Source: Candidatus Kapaibacterium sp. (lineage in GTDB: Bacteria > Bacteroidota > Ignavibacteria > Kapaibacteriales > HRBIN21). Taken from it: a stretch of 64,000 bases of DNA. Made by a program: the position numbers and the translations under genes. Shown here piece by piece: positions 50,714-59,185 of this stretch (positions within the stretch are counted from its first letter, which is position 1; each line of letters opens with the position of its first letter). Where the stretch lies: the NCBI GenBank assembly GCA_938084565.1, contig CALKEU010000013.1, positions 8,987 through 72,986 of the forward strand, in the 5' to 3' direction. Below the pieces are notes generated by a model that worked only from the letters and a program-made list of their open reading frames with translations, was not told the DNA's origin and did no database searches.

Positions 50714-51193
50714 TTAACGGAGGCTCTCGACGGCTCGGAAGACCTCGTCATAGGGCGGCTCAAGCCGGGGATCTTCACTGACCCACTTGTAGCGCACAGT
50801 CCCCGTCCCATCGATGAGAAAGACACTGCGCTTAGCGGCTATATAGCCCGGCAGACCAGCGAAGTCCTCGTGGTAGACTTCGTAGAGGCGCACGACCTCA
50901 CGGTTGTAATCGGAGAGCAGGGGGAAGGGGAAATTGTGTTCTTGTGCGAAGGCCTTGTTGGCGAAAGGTCCATCGACGCTGATGGCAACAAGGTGCGCAT
51001 TGAGCTCTGCCAGTCGGCCGAAGGAATCTCGAAAGGTGCATAGCTCTTTCGTGCAGACCCCTGTAAAGGCCCCGGGGAAGAAGGCTAAGAGAATCGGCTT
51101 GCCCTGTGCTAAGAATTCCGCCAGTGAACGCCACGTAAGTTCCGTATCAACCAGCCGGAAGTCTGGAGCTTTCTGCCCAACGTCGACACCCAT
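50714..51193 (-). CDS. Peroxiredoxin (AhpC/TSA family)
   Basis: APDFRL, FFPGAFTGVCTKELC, FPLLSDYN, AKRSVF. Confidence 0.9.
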   Translation of the reverse strand: MGVDVGQKAPDFRLVDTELTWRSLAEFLAQGKPILLAFFPGAFTGVCTKELCTFRDSFGRLAELNAHLVAISVDGPFANKAFAQEHNFPFPLLSDYNREVVRLYEVYHEDFAGLPGYIAAKRSVFLIDGTGTVRYKWVSEDPRLEPPYDEVFRAVESLR

Positions 51194-51227
51194 TGGAACT
51201 CCCAGTTGAGTGGAACATGCGATAGTG

Positions 51228-51235
51228 CAAAGTTA
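51228..51235 (-). promoter_or_regulatory. -7 promoter element TAACTTTG upstream of peroxiredoxin
   Basis: Perfect TAnnTTTG; a one-base-short variant TAATTTG faces the other way at 51270-51276. Confidence 0.6.
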
Positions 51236-51314
51236 CGGACTCACGCCTGGTGCGCTGGTATGCATTTCCTAATTTGCGGATGGGCATCCGTATGTGTCAC
51301 ACTGTGCCAGAGTG

Positions 51315-52778
51315 ATGCGTGCGACGAAATCTGTCGACGAACTCATTCGGGAAGCTCAACAGACGCAAGAGCTACGACGGGTTCTGGGGCCGGCCAATTT
51401 GGTGGCTTTGGGGATCGGAGCCATCATAGGGGCGGGGATCTTTGTATTGACAGGGCAAGCAGCAGCACAATATGCGGGACCGGCCATTGCGCTTTCGTTT
51501 GTGATTTCTGGCATTGGCTGTGTGTTTGCTGCGCTCTGCTACGCAGAGTTTGCCTCCCTCATTCCGATTGCTGGGAGTGCGTATACATATGCGTACGCCA
51601 CACTCGGGCGCTTTTTCGCTTGGGTGATCGGCTGGGATCTGCTCCTGGAGTACTTGTTCGGTGCCTCCACTGTAGCGGTAGGATGGTCAGGCTATGTAGT
51701 CAGCTGGTTGGCCGATATCGGGGTGCACATTCCTCGGGAGTGGGCCGCAGCCCCGTTGGCGTATGATCCGAAGGTGCACCAGTGGACATCGACGGGGGCA
51801 ATCTTCAATCTCCCGGCAGCCCTGATCATTGTGCTCCTGACGGTCTTGCTCGTGTTGGGCATTCGAGAGTCAGCCACTTTCAACAATATCATCGTGCTGG
51901 TGAAGGTGGGGGTCATCGTGCTGTTTATTGTCTTCGGTGCGGCCTATGTCAATGTGGCCAATTGGCTGCCCTTTATTCCCGAGAATACAGGGCAGTTTGG
52001 GCATTACGGGTGGAGTGGGGTCTTGCGTGGGGCTGGGGTGATTTTCTTCGCCTACATTGGATTCGATGCCGTATCGACGGCGGCTCAAGAGGCTCGGAAT
52101 CCACAGCGAGATATGCCAATTGGGATCATCGGTTCTCTGGGGATTTCGACCCTGCTCTATATCCTCGTGGCGCTCGTCATGACGGGGGTGGTCGACTATC
52201 GCCAGCTGGGGGTACCCGATCCGATGGCCGTGGCAGTCAACGCCATGCAAAGTGCAAGTGGGGAGCCGCTCTACTGGCTGCGTCACGCCATTAAGCTCGG
52301 TGCCATTGCAGGCCTCAGCTCGGTGATTCTTGTCCTGCTTCTGGGGCAGCCTCGGATTTTCTATGCGATGGCCAAGGATGGACTTCTGCCGCCGTTCTTC
52401 TCCCACGTTCACAAACGCTTCCGTACACCGGCCCGGGCAACACTATTGACGGGGGCAGTGGCGGCGTTGATTGCTGGGCTTTTCCCCATTGGCATCCTAG
52501 GCGAGCTTGTGTCTATCGGGACGCTGCTGGCTTTCACGATTGTTTCCATAGCTGTCATTGTGCTGCGGTATCAGCGGCCGGATCTTCCGCGCCCGTTCCG
52601 CGTCCCTCTGATGCCGGTTGTGCCTATCCTCGGGGCGCTGGTTTCCCTAGTGCAGATGTTCTCCCTGCCGCTCGATACGTGGATTCGGCTGCTGGGGTGG
52701 ATGGCCTTAGGACTGCTCCTATATGCTGTCTACGGCCGGCGGCATGGTGCAGTCTTACAGCGGCAGCGCGTCAGCTAA
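51315..52778 (+). CDS. APC-family amino acid permease
   Basis: GIGAIIGAGIFVLTG, CYAEFAS.IP.AGSAY, FFAYIGFDAVST. Confidence 0.93.
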   Translation: MRATKSVDELIREAQQTQELRRVLGPANLVALGIGAIIGAGIFVLTGQAAAQYAGPAIALSFVISGIGCVFAALCYAEFASLIPIAGSAYTYAYATLGRFFAWVIGWDLLLEYLFGASTVAVGWSGYVVSWLADIGVHIPREWAAAPLAYDPKVHQWTSTGAIFNLPAALIIVLLTVLLVLGIRESATFNNIIVLVKVGVIVLFIVFGAAYVNVANWLPFIPENTGQFGHYGWSGVLRGAGVIFFAYIGFDAVSTAAQEARNPQRDMPIGIIGSLGISTLLYILVALVMTGVVDYRQLGVPDPMAVAVNAMQSASGEPLYWLRHAIKLGAIAGLSSVILVLLLGQPRIFYAMAKDGLLPPFFSHVHKRFRTPARATLLTGAVAALIAGLFPIGILGELVSIGTLLAFTIVSIAVIVLRYQRPDLPRPFRVPLMPVVPILGALVSLVQMFSLPLDTWIRLLGWMALGLLLYAVYGRRHGAVLQRQRVS

Positions 52779-53512
52779 TGCCGAAGCCGGCCCTGCTGCT
52801 GGTGGGCTATGGGCGCATGGGCCAAGAAGTCGAGCGCGTGGCCTCCCAGATGGGCTTTCCCGTGGTAGGTATTGCATCGGGCTCTCGCCCTCTTCAGCCG
52901 GAAATGCTCCAGAGGGCTGAGGTCGTGGTGGATTTCTCTGTTCCGGAGGCAGTGCTCCCGACGGCCCGACGTGTCTTGGAGGCTGGAAAGCGGCTGGTCA
53001 TTGGCACAACGGGATGGGCGGCTCAGCGGGAGGAGCTTCGCACGCTGACGGAGGAGATGGAAGGGGGGGTCGTCTACGGGAGCAATTTTGCGCTTGGGCT
53101 GCAGCTCTTTCTTCGTCTGGTAGAGCAGGCAGCGCGCCTTGTGGCCCCCTTCGAGGAGTACGACCTCTTTGTGCATGAGATCCACCATCGCGCCAAGCGC
53201 GATGCCCCGAGCGGGACGGCCCTTCTTTTAGCGGAGCGGATTCTCCAGGCTCTGCCGCGAAAGCGGCGTCTCCTCACCGAGGCCCGTGGACCTCTGCCGG
53301 CAGAGGTGCTCCATGTGAGCTCTTCCCGCGGCGGGAGTGTTGTGGGAGTCCATACTGTCTTCATCGATGCCGAAGGCGAAAGCCTCGAGCTGGTGCATCG
53401 GGCCAAGAGCCGACGCCCGTTTGCGGTGGGAGCGCTTATTGCTGCCGAATGGATCGCACAGCGTCGGGGATTCTATGAGTTCGGGCAGGTGGTGGAGGAG
53501 CTTCTATCCTAA
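52778..53512 (+). CDS. dapB: 4-hydroxy-tetrahydrodipicolinate reductase
   Basis: GYGRMG, VDFS.P, IGTTGW, EIHHRAKRDAPSGTA, HRAKSR..FAVGA. Confidence 0.93.
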   Translation: MPKPALLLVGYGRMGQEVERVASQMGFPVVGIASGSRPLQPEMLQRAEVVVDFSVPEAVLPTARRVLEAGKRLVIGTTGWAAQREELRTLTEEMEGGVVYGSNFALGLQLFLRLVEQAARLVAPFEEYDLFVHEIHHRAKRDAPSGTALLLAERILQALPRKRRLLTEARGPLPAEVLHVSSSRGGSVVGVHTVFIDAEGESLELVHRAKSRRPFAVGALIAAEWIAQRRGFYEFGQVVEELLS

Positions 53513-53879
53513 GGGGTGGCTGTGGATCTGTGCGGCGGTGAGTGTGGCCGCTTCGGAGCCGCCCGCAGAGGTGGAGTTCTTGCAGCCGCTGCCAATCATT
53601 GAGCTACCCAGCTCGGCTCGGTTTGCAACGGCTACGGTCCTACTGCGCAACCGTGGGGGGCGCCTGTTGCGCATTGGAGGCGTACGGAGTAGCTGCTGGT
53701 GTGCTACCGCAGTCGTCCAACGCGGGGAGGTCCCGCCTGATTCACTGTCGGTCCTCCGGATTCAGGTGACTGCGGCAGGCTTGGATCCGGATAGCCTTAC
53801 GTGGTTACAGTTTACGCTCGAGAGCAATGCCTGCAACAGTCCCACTCCCTTACGACTCGCCGTTCGCCGGCGTCAGTGA
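53475..53879 (+). CDS. DUF1573-like small secreted Ig-fold protein
   Basis: LRNRGGRLLRIGGVRSSCWCATA resembles the DUF1573 N.G..PL.I..V..SCGCT motif; start at ATG 53475 inferred. Confidence 0.6.
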   Translation: MSSGRWWRSFYPKGWLWICAAVSVAASEPPAEVEFLQPLPIIELPSSARFATATVLLRNRGGRLLRIGGVRSSCWCATAVVQRGEVPPDSLSVLRIQVTAAGLDPDSLTWLQFTLESNACNSPTPLRLAVRRRQ

Positions 53880-55700
53880 GGGTTGGGAGAGCTGGAGGGC
53901 CCAGAGCCGAGCATAGAGGCCACCGCGGGCGAGCAATTCTGCATGGGTACCGCGTTCGACAATACGCCCGCGGTCGAGTACAAGGATCTCATCGGCGTGG
54001 AGGATCGTCGAGAGACGATGCGCCACAATGATCGCAGAACGCCCGTGGAGAGCTTGATCGATGGCGTGCTGAACAGTGCGCTCGGCCTCTGCATCCAGGG
54101 CAGAGGTGGCCTCGTCGAAGAGCAAAATGGCTGGATTGCGCACCAAGGCACGAGCAATCGCAATGCGCTGACGCTGCCCGCCAGAGAGAAGAACGCCTCG
54201 GTCCCCTACGATGGTATCGTAGCCGTGGGGAAGTTCGACGATGAAATCGTGAGCATTCGCTAGCCGAGCAGCACGGACGATCTCCTCGATCGTTGCCTCT
54301 GGTGCCCCGAAGCGGATGTTATTGGCAACCGTGTCGTTGAAGAGCGGGGCCTCCTGCGGGACAATACCGAAGAGGGCGCGGTAGTCCTCGAGCCGAAATT
54401 CCCGGATGTCGATCCCATCGAGCAGAATGCGCCCTTGCTGGGGATCGTAGAAGCGGATGAGCAGGTCGAGCAGTGTCGATTTCCCACAGCCACTGGCTCC
54501 AACGATAGCAATCTTTCGGCCTCGTTCGAGTACGAAGCTGATGTTCTGCAATACCGGGGATCCGGGCCGGTACCAGAAGCTCACTGCCTCGACTCGTAGC
54601 TCCTGCCAGCTTGTGGGGACTGGTAGACGCCCGGAGCGGACCGTAGGTTCTTGGCCGAGGATCCGGAAGATCCGTTCGGCAGCTACAAGGCCGCGCTGCA
54701 GCTGGGAGATGGAGTGTAGCACCGCTGCAATGGGCGCCATGACAGCAAAAAGGCAGAACAGGAAGGTCAAGAGCTCATACGGCTGCATCTGCCCGGCCAG
54801 TACATGCTGCCCGCCCACGATGAGCACGACGGTGAGTGCCCCAATGGCTAAGAGCTCGTTGATACCGGGAAGGAGCGCCATGACGCGCTGGTGCTTTAGT
54901 GCCGAACGGACGTAGGCTGAGGTCTCTCGGGCAAAGGCTTCGGCCATGCGCTCTTCGGCAGAGAAGGCTTTCACAATGCGGATTGAGCTCAGAAGCTCCT
55001 GCAGGATGGCCATCGAGTTAGCTAGCGTTACCTGCATGCGGCTACCGTAGCGGCGCAAGTACTTAGTCGCCGTCCGAATGAGCACAAGGCTGATGAGGCT
55101 ACTGCTCAGAGCAATCAGCGTCAGTTCCCACGATAGTGCTACCAAGAGCACCATGAACAACAGCGCCTGCAGACTCTCCCGCACAAGCGTCAGCGATGCC
55201 CCAACCATGCTGGCGTTGAGTGTGAGGACATCGTTGGTGACAACAGACATCAGCTCTCCGGTTCGCTGTCCGGAGAAGTAGCCCACGGGGAGGCGCACCA
55301 GACGGCTGACGAGCGCATCACGGATGCGTTTAATGATGCCCTCCTCGACCTGCACGCTGAGCAGAGCGCTGGCGTACTTGAGCACGTTCTTGCACAGGAA
55401 GAGGGCAAAAACGACGGCTCCCAGACGCACGAGCGTCGTCTGCGCCGTCGGTCCCATCAGCCATGACGCTATAGTGCCGAAGATGGCATGTTTGAGCTGC
55501 CCCATGGGGTCAGATGGGACCGGAGGCGGTGGCGCTTGGCCGTAGCCAAAGAGGACACGGAAGATGGGTTCGACAATGGCAATGGAGGCCGTGCTCACCA
55601 GCGATAGAAGCGAGTTTAGCACAACGGCTGCCAGCAGAAGTTTCCCGGAGGGCAGGATGAAACGGCGGAGCACCTGCCGGATGAGCCAGCTCGACCTCAT
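53850..55700 (-). CDS. msbA: MsbA-like lipid A/LPS ABC flippase
   Basis: TMD plus NBD, GASGCGKST, LSGGQRQRIAIARA, DEATSALD; coupled to a GT9 gene. Confidence 0.75.
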   Translation of the reverse strand: MRSSWLIRQVLRRFILPSGKLLLAAVVLNSLLSLVSTASIAIVEPIFRVLFGYGQAPPPPVPSDPMGQLKHAIFGTIASWLMGPTAQTTLVRLGAVVFALFLCKNVLKYASALLSVQVEEGIIKRIRDALVSRLVRLPVGYFSGQRTGELMSVVTNDVLTLNASMVGASLTLVRESLQALLFMVLLVALSWELTLIALSSSLISLVLIRTATKYLRRYGSRMQVTLANSMAILQELLSSIRIVKAFSAEERMAEAFARETSAYVRSALKHQRVMALLPGINELLAIGALTVVLIVGGQHVLAGQMQPYELLTFLFCLFAVMAPIAAVLHSISQLQRGLVAAERIFRILGQEPTVRSGRLPVPTSWQELRVEAVSFWYRPGSPVLQNISFVLERGRKIAIVGASGCGKSTLLDLLIRFYDPQQGRILLDGIDIREFRLEDYRALFGIVPQEAPLFNDTVANNIRFGAPEATIEEIVRAARLANAHDFIVELPHGYDTIVGDRGVLLSGGQRQRIAIARALVRNPAILLFDEATSALDAEAERTVQHAIDQALHGRSAIIVAHRLSTILHADEILVLDRGRIVERGTHAELLARGGLYARLWALQLSQPSLTPANGES

Positions 55701-56806
55701 GCGTGGGAGATAGATATGGCACCGACGTGCTGCAACAGACGCTCGAATGCTGCCAGAACTGCCTCGACGGGGATGCTCTGCACGCTGCCCTCACGGGTGT
55801 AGACTGCCTCGTATGGCGAGCGGTACGGAAGCCATGGCATCAGATCCGGGCGATCCCAGACGTAGAGTACAACGCATGGGCGCTGCCAAGCTGCTGCTAG
55901 GTGGACAGCAGCTGTGTCCGGAGTGACGATGATGTGACATTGCTCGAGCAGCGCTGCAAATGCGTGGAAAGAGGGCACAAGAGGTGCAGGGCGGGCACCC
56001 GTGCTCTGGGCAAGAGCTCGTTGCTCAGATCCATAGGCCGGCGAGGCGAACAAGAGCAGTTCAGCTTCCGGGTGGCGCTGGCGTAAGGCCCGGAGGAACT
56101 CTCCCCAGCGTTCTCGGCCCCAGTACTTGCTCGGATGCGAGGCCGCAATGTTGACCCCTACTCGGTACTCACCACTGCAGGGACCCAGCAGAGCACGGGC
56201 CCACTGCCGATCTTCGGGGGTGAGAGGATAGTCCAGGCGCAGATCCACTACTGCAGGATCGATGCCGAACGGAAGGAGAAGGCGGGCGAGCCGCTCGACG
56301 ATGTGGACCTGATCTCGGGGAGCCGAGGGGACAACGTGTGTGTACGCTGCATCATTGCCCTTGGCAATGCCGAGCCGGACGGGTGCTCCCGCAAGCTCTA
56401 ACAGGACAGAGGAAGTAACCGAGGGATTGTCCGTGAGGTCTATCACGATGTCGTAGCGCTGTCGCCGGAGTTGTGTGAGGAGCCGAACCAGAGCGAGGGG
56501 GCGCTTGTCATAGCGCCAGCAACGCTGTACGTAAGGCCGTACAGCGCGCACGGCGCCCCAGTTGTTATGGCTCAGTAGGAGCTCCTTCTGTGCTGCAGGG
56601 AAGTGGGTGTGGAAAAGCCGAAGGAGGGGAATGCTGACGAGTACGTCCCCGATGCGATCCTGCCGGAGGAAGAGGATGCGGCTGTGCTCGTCAGGCCGCA
56701 GCAACGGTGTCGGTTCCTCAACAAGCGTTGGTGCTGGACCGTTCCAGCGGCGTAGTAGTTGGCGACGCACCCAGAGCTCGACCCGTTTAGCGAAAGGCTC
56801 TGCCAT
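55697..56806 (-). CDS. Glycosyltransferase family 9 (LPS heptosyltransferase-like)
   Basis: LRQDRIGDVL, YDIVIDL, TPDTAAVHLAAA. Confidence 0.9.
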   Translation of the reverse strand: MAEPFAKRVELWVRRQLLRRWNGPAPTLVEEPTPLLRPDEHSRILFLRQDRIGDVLVSIPLLRLFHTHFPAAQKELLLSHNNWGAVRAVRPYVQRCWRYDKRPLALVRLLTQLRRQRYDIVIDLTDNPSVTSSVLLELAGAPVRLGIAKGNDAAYTHVVPSAPRDQVHIVERLARLLLPFGIDPAVVDLRLDYPLTPEDRQWARALLGPCSGEYRVGVNIAASHPSKYWGRERWGEFLRALRQRHPEAELLLFASPAYGSEQRALAQSTGARPAPLVPSFHAFAALLEQCHIIVTPDTAAVHLAAAWQRPCVVLYVWDRPDLMPWLPYRSPYEAVYTREGSVQSIPVEAVLAAFERLLQHVGAISISHA

Positions 56807-56813
56807 GGTGAGG

Positions 56814-56821
56814 CAAAACTA
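56814..56821 (-). promoter_or_regulatory. -7 promoter element TAGTTTTG 7 nt upstream of the GT9 ATG
   Basis: Perfect TAnnTTTG. Confidence 0.62.
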
Positions 56822-56857
56822 CGGCTTTCGGCAAGCCTTGGGTTCTGGCTTTCAACA

Positions 56858-56893
56858 CCACAGCCCGCCTCCCATCACGGTGGCGGGCTGTGG
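56858..56893. repeat. Perfect 12-bp inverted repeat CCACAGCCCGCC-N12-GGCGGGCTGTGG
   Basis: Arms 56858-56869 and 56882-56893 read directly from the sequence; intergenic. Confidence 0.85.
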
Positions 56894-57015
56894 CTGAGGT
56901 GCCCCTTGCGGGGAACAGGGAAGGGTGAAGGGCCGCTGCTCTGCCGACGGCTTATACCAGGGGAGCTCAGATGAGGTTCCCCACCTGTATTTTGCACTTC
57001 CTTGGAGCGTTCTCA

Positions 57016-57843
57016 ATGAGCCCGTGGCTTCAGCACCAGTATGAGCGTTGGGCCCCCGTTGCGGCGGTCCTACGTCAGCAGCTCCCCTGGCAGCCAGCAT
57101 GTGCTCTCATTACGGGCTCAGGCATTAGCACCGCGCTACCAGGGGAAGTGCTCTGGGAAATTCCCTCTGCAGCCTTGCCAGGTTTTCCCCGCCCCTCTGT
57201 CGAGGGGCACCCGGGTGTTGTGCAAGTGCGCAGGATTGCTGCACGACCGGTTCTGGTCTTCGGTGGGAGGGTACATCTGTACGAAGGGTATGACGTGTCT
57301 GAGGCTGTCGCCCCTGTCGTCTGTGCGTTCCTGCTCGGGATCCGCTGGCTTGTACTCACAAATGCTGCCGGAGCGCTCTCGCTCCTGCTTGAGCCGGGCA
57401 AGCTTCTTGTGGTGCGTGATGTGCTCAATTTCAGCTTTCGGAGTGTGCCCGTGGGTCTAGAGGGGCGGGGGTTCCGCTCTCTACAGCTCTGCGCCGAGTG
57501 GCGCCATCGGGTACGGGAACAGTTGGTACGCCGAGGGTTTTGCTGGCCTGAGGGTACTTATGTAGCTGTGCTTGGCCCCGCGTATGAGACTCCAGCGGAG
57601 GTCCGTATGCTCCAACTCCTGGGGGCCGATGCGGTTGGAATGTCCACAGTTCATGAGCTGCAGTGTGCGACAGCGCTTGGGATGCGCACCTTTGCGGTAT
57701 CAGTCATCACAAACTGGGCAGCTGGGCTCCAGCAGCACCCCCTCAACCATGCGGAGGTGCTTGCTCGTCTGGAGCAGGTAGCCGATTCTCTCCGCCATTT
57801 ACTGCACACAGTTGTTGCAGAGGTGCCATGCGCAGAGGGCTAG
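57016..57843 (+). CDS. punA: Purine nucleoside phosphorylase (trimeric type)
   Basis: TGSG, VEGHPG, GRVHLYEG, TNAAG, GPAYETPAE, DAVGMSTV.E, NHAEVL. Confidence 0.9.
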   Translation: MSPWLQHQYERWAPVAAVLRQQLPWQPACALITGSGISTALPGEVLWEIPSAALPGFPRPSVEGHPGVVQVRRIAARPVLVFGGRVHLYEGYDVSEAVAPVVCAFLLGIRWLVLTNAAGALSLLLEPGKLLVVRDVLNFSFRSVPVGLEGRGFRSLQLCAEWRHRVREQLVRRGFCWPEGTYVAVLGPAYETPAEVRMLQLLGADAVGMSTVHELQCATALGMRTFAVSVITNWAAGLQQHPLNHAEVLARLEQVADSLRHLLHTVVAEVPCAEG

Positions 57844-57852
57844 TGTTTCTGG

Positions 57853-57860
57853 TATTTTTG
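57853..57860 (+). promoter_or_regulatory. -7 promoter element TATTTTTG 8 nt upstream of the flippase ATG
   Basis: Perfect TAnnTTTG in a 25-nt gap. Confidence 0.62.
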
Positions 57861-57868
57861 CCCTCTCC

Positions 57869-59185
57869 ATGGTACGCCTCCGGGAACACATCGGAACGCT
57901 GTCGTGGGCAGTAGCAAGCCGTCTGCTCTTTGTCGGCTACGGTTTTGTGGTGCTGATCCAAATTGCCGTTGTCCCACCGCACGAATACGGCCTGTTTGCC
58001 TTGTTGGTCAATGTGCAGACGTGGATCTTCATTTTGAGCGACTCTTCGGCCTTGTTAGGGCTCATCCAATTTGGGGCGAAGCCGGAGGAGCGCCCCCGAG
58101 TAAATCTCCTCGTAAGCCTCCTTCATGGTGGGATTTCGATGGGGTTGGCGGGACTCTTTTGGGCTTTGCGACATCCCTTGGCACAGCTTTTTCGGGAGCC
58201 CCAGCTGCTTCAAGTTGCCCATCTGTTGGTTCCCTTTTGCGCAGTCAGCGTTCCCAGAACGTTGTGTGTCAAGCTGCTCTTCCGCGACTTAGCGATGCGC
58301 CAGGTTTTTTGGCTGGATTTCAGCTGGGTGGGGACGATGAGCGGGCTGACGCTCTGGCTCTTCTGGCGCCGGGAATTGAATAGTTTCACCGACTTGGCAA
58401 TCATTGCCCTTGTTGGGATGGCGGTTAGCTCAGTTGTAGGCCTTCTGCTCTGCTGGCGCTTGTTGCGTTTCGGGTGGAGGGGGGAAACTCGGGTGGGGGA
58501 CATTCTGCGCTTTACCTTACCTCAGACAGTTGCCTCGGCACTCCATACAGGGCTACGGCAATTGGATGTCTACGCTGTGCAGTACTTCTTCGGTGTAGCC
58601 GTCGTCGGGATATACCAGGCAGCCAAGACGTTCTACCGGCTCTTTGAGACCATCTTTGATCTCATCTCTGGCCTCCTGTATCCGGCTGCTGTGCGGCTGC
58701 TTTCAGCTGGGGCAACTGAGCAGCTACGTGTACTCGTGGCTAAGACGATGTCGGTGATGTTGGTGGGGATGGGTATCCTGGTGCTCATTCTGGAGCTCGG
58801 TGGGGCAGAGTGGGTGCTGAGGCCATTGTTGGTGAGTGAGTACGAAGGGGCAATTTCGTACTTCCGGCTTCTTGCCCTCGGTGGATTGGGGATCCCCTTT
58901 GCTGTGCTCGGTTCCGCCATTTTAGCGCTGGGGCATTCGCGGCGGATTTTGGCTCACATTGCTATTGCGACAGCGCTCGGGGTGGGCACACTCGTGGTCG
59001 TAGGGCTTATGGGAGCAGTGTCCATGGCTCCGATGGGTATGGTGGTCTACACGCTCATGCTGGGGCTCCTCAATGGGAGCTTCATTCGGGCTTACTTCCG
59101 CCTGCCATGGCGTGAGCTCTTCCGTGCTGTGGCGGACGTGCGGGGCTTCCTGCAGGGCCTGTTCTCGCAGCAGGCGAGAGGATAA
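57869..59185 (+). CDS. Oligosaccharide flippase (Wzx/MOP family)
   Basis: About 12 TM helices, PHEYGLFAL, LDVYAVQYFFG..VGIYQAA, LLYPA. Confidence 0.8.
   Translation: MVRLREHIGTLSWAVASRLLFVGYGFVVLIQIAVVPPHEYGLFALLVNVQTWIFILSDSSALLGLIQFGAKPEERPRVNLLVSLLHGGISMGLAGLFWALRHPLAQLFREPQLLQVAHLLVPFCAVSVPRTLCVKLLFRDLAMRQVFWLDFSWVGTMSGLTLWLFWRRELNSFTDLAIIALVGMAVSSVVGLLLCWRLLRFGWRGETRVGDILRFTLPQTVASALHTGLRQLDVYAVQYFFGVAVVGIYQAAKTFYRLFETIFDLISGLLYPAAVRLLSAGATEQLRVLVAKTMSVMLVGMGILVLILELGGAEWVLRPLLVSEYEGAISYFRLLALGGLGIPFAVLGSAILALGHSRRILAHIAIATALGVGTLVVVGLMGAVSMAPMGMVVYTLMLGLLNGSFIRAYFRLPWRELFRAVADVRGFLQGLFSQQARG

Noticed and set aside
56894-56985. Cobalamin or ZTP riboswitch call
   Set aside because: Only fragments match; GCAACTGT/B12-box and GACTGGCG/CGCCTGGGC elements are absent. 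Kept only as an unassigned structure in the findings.
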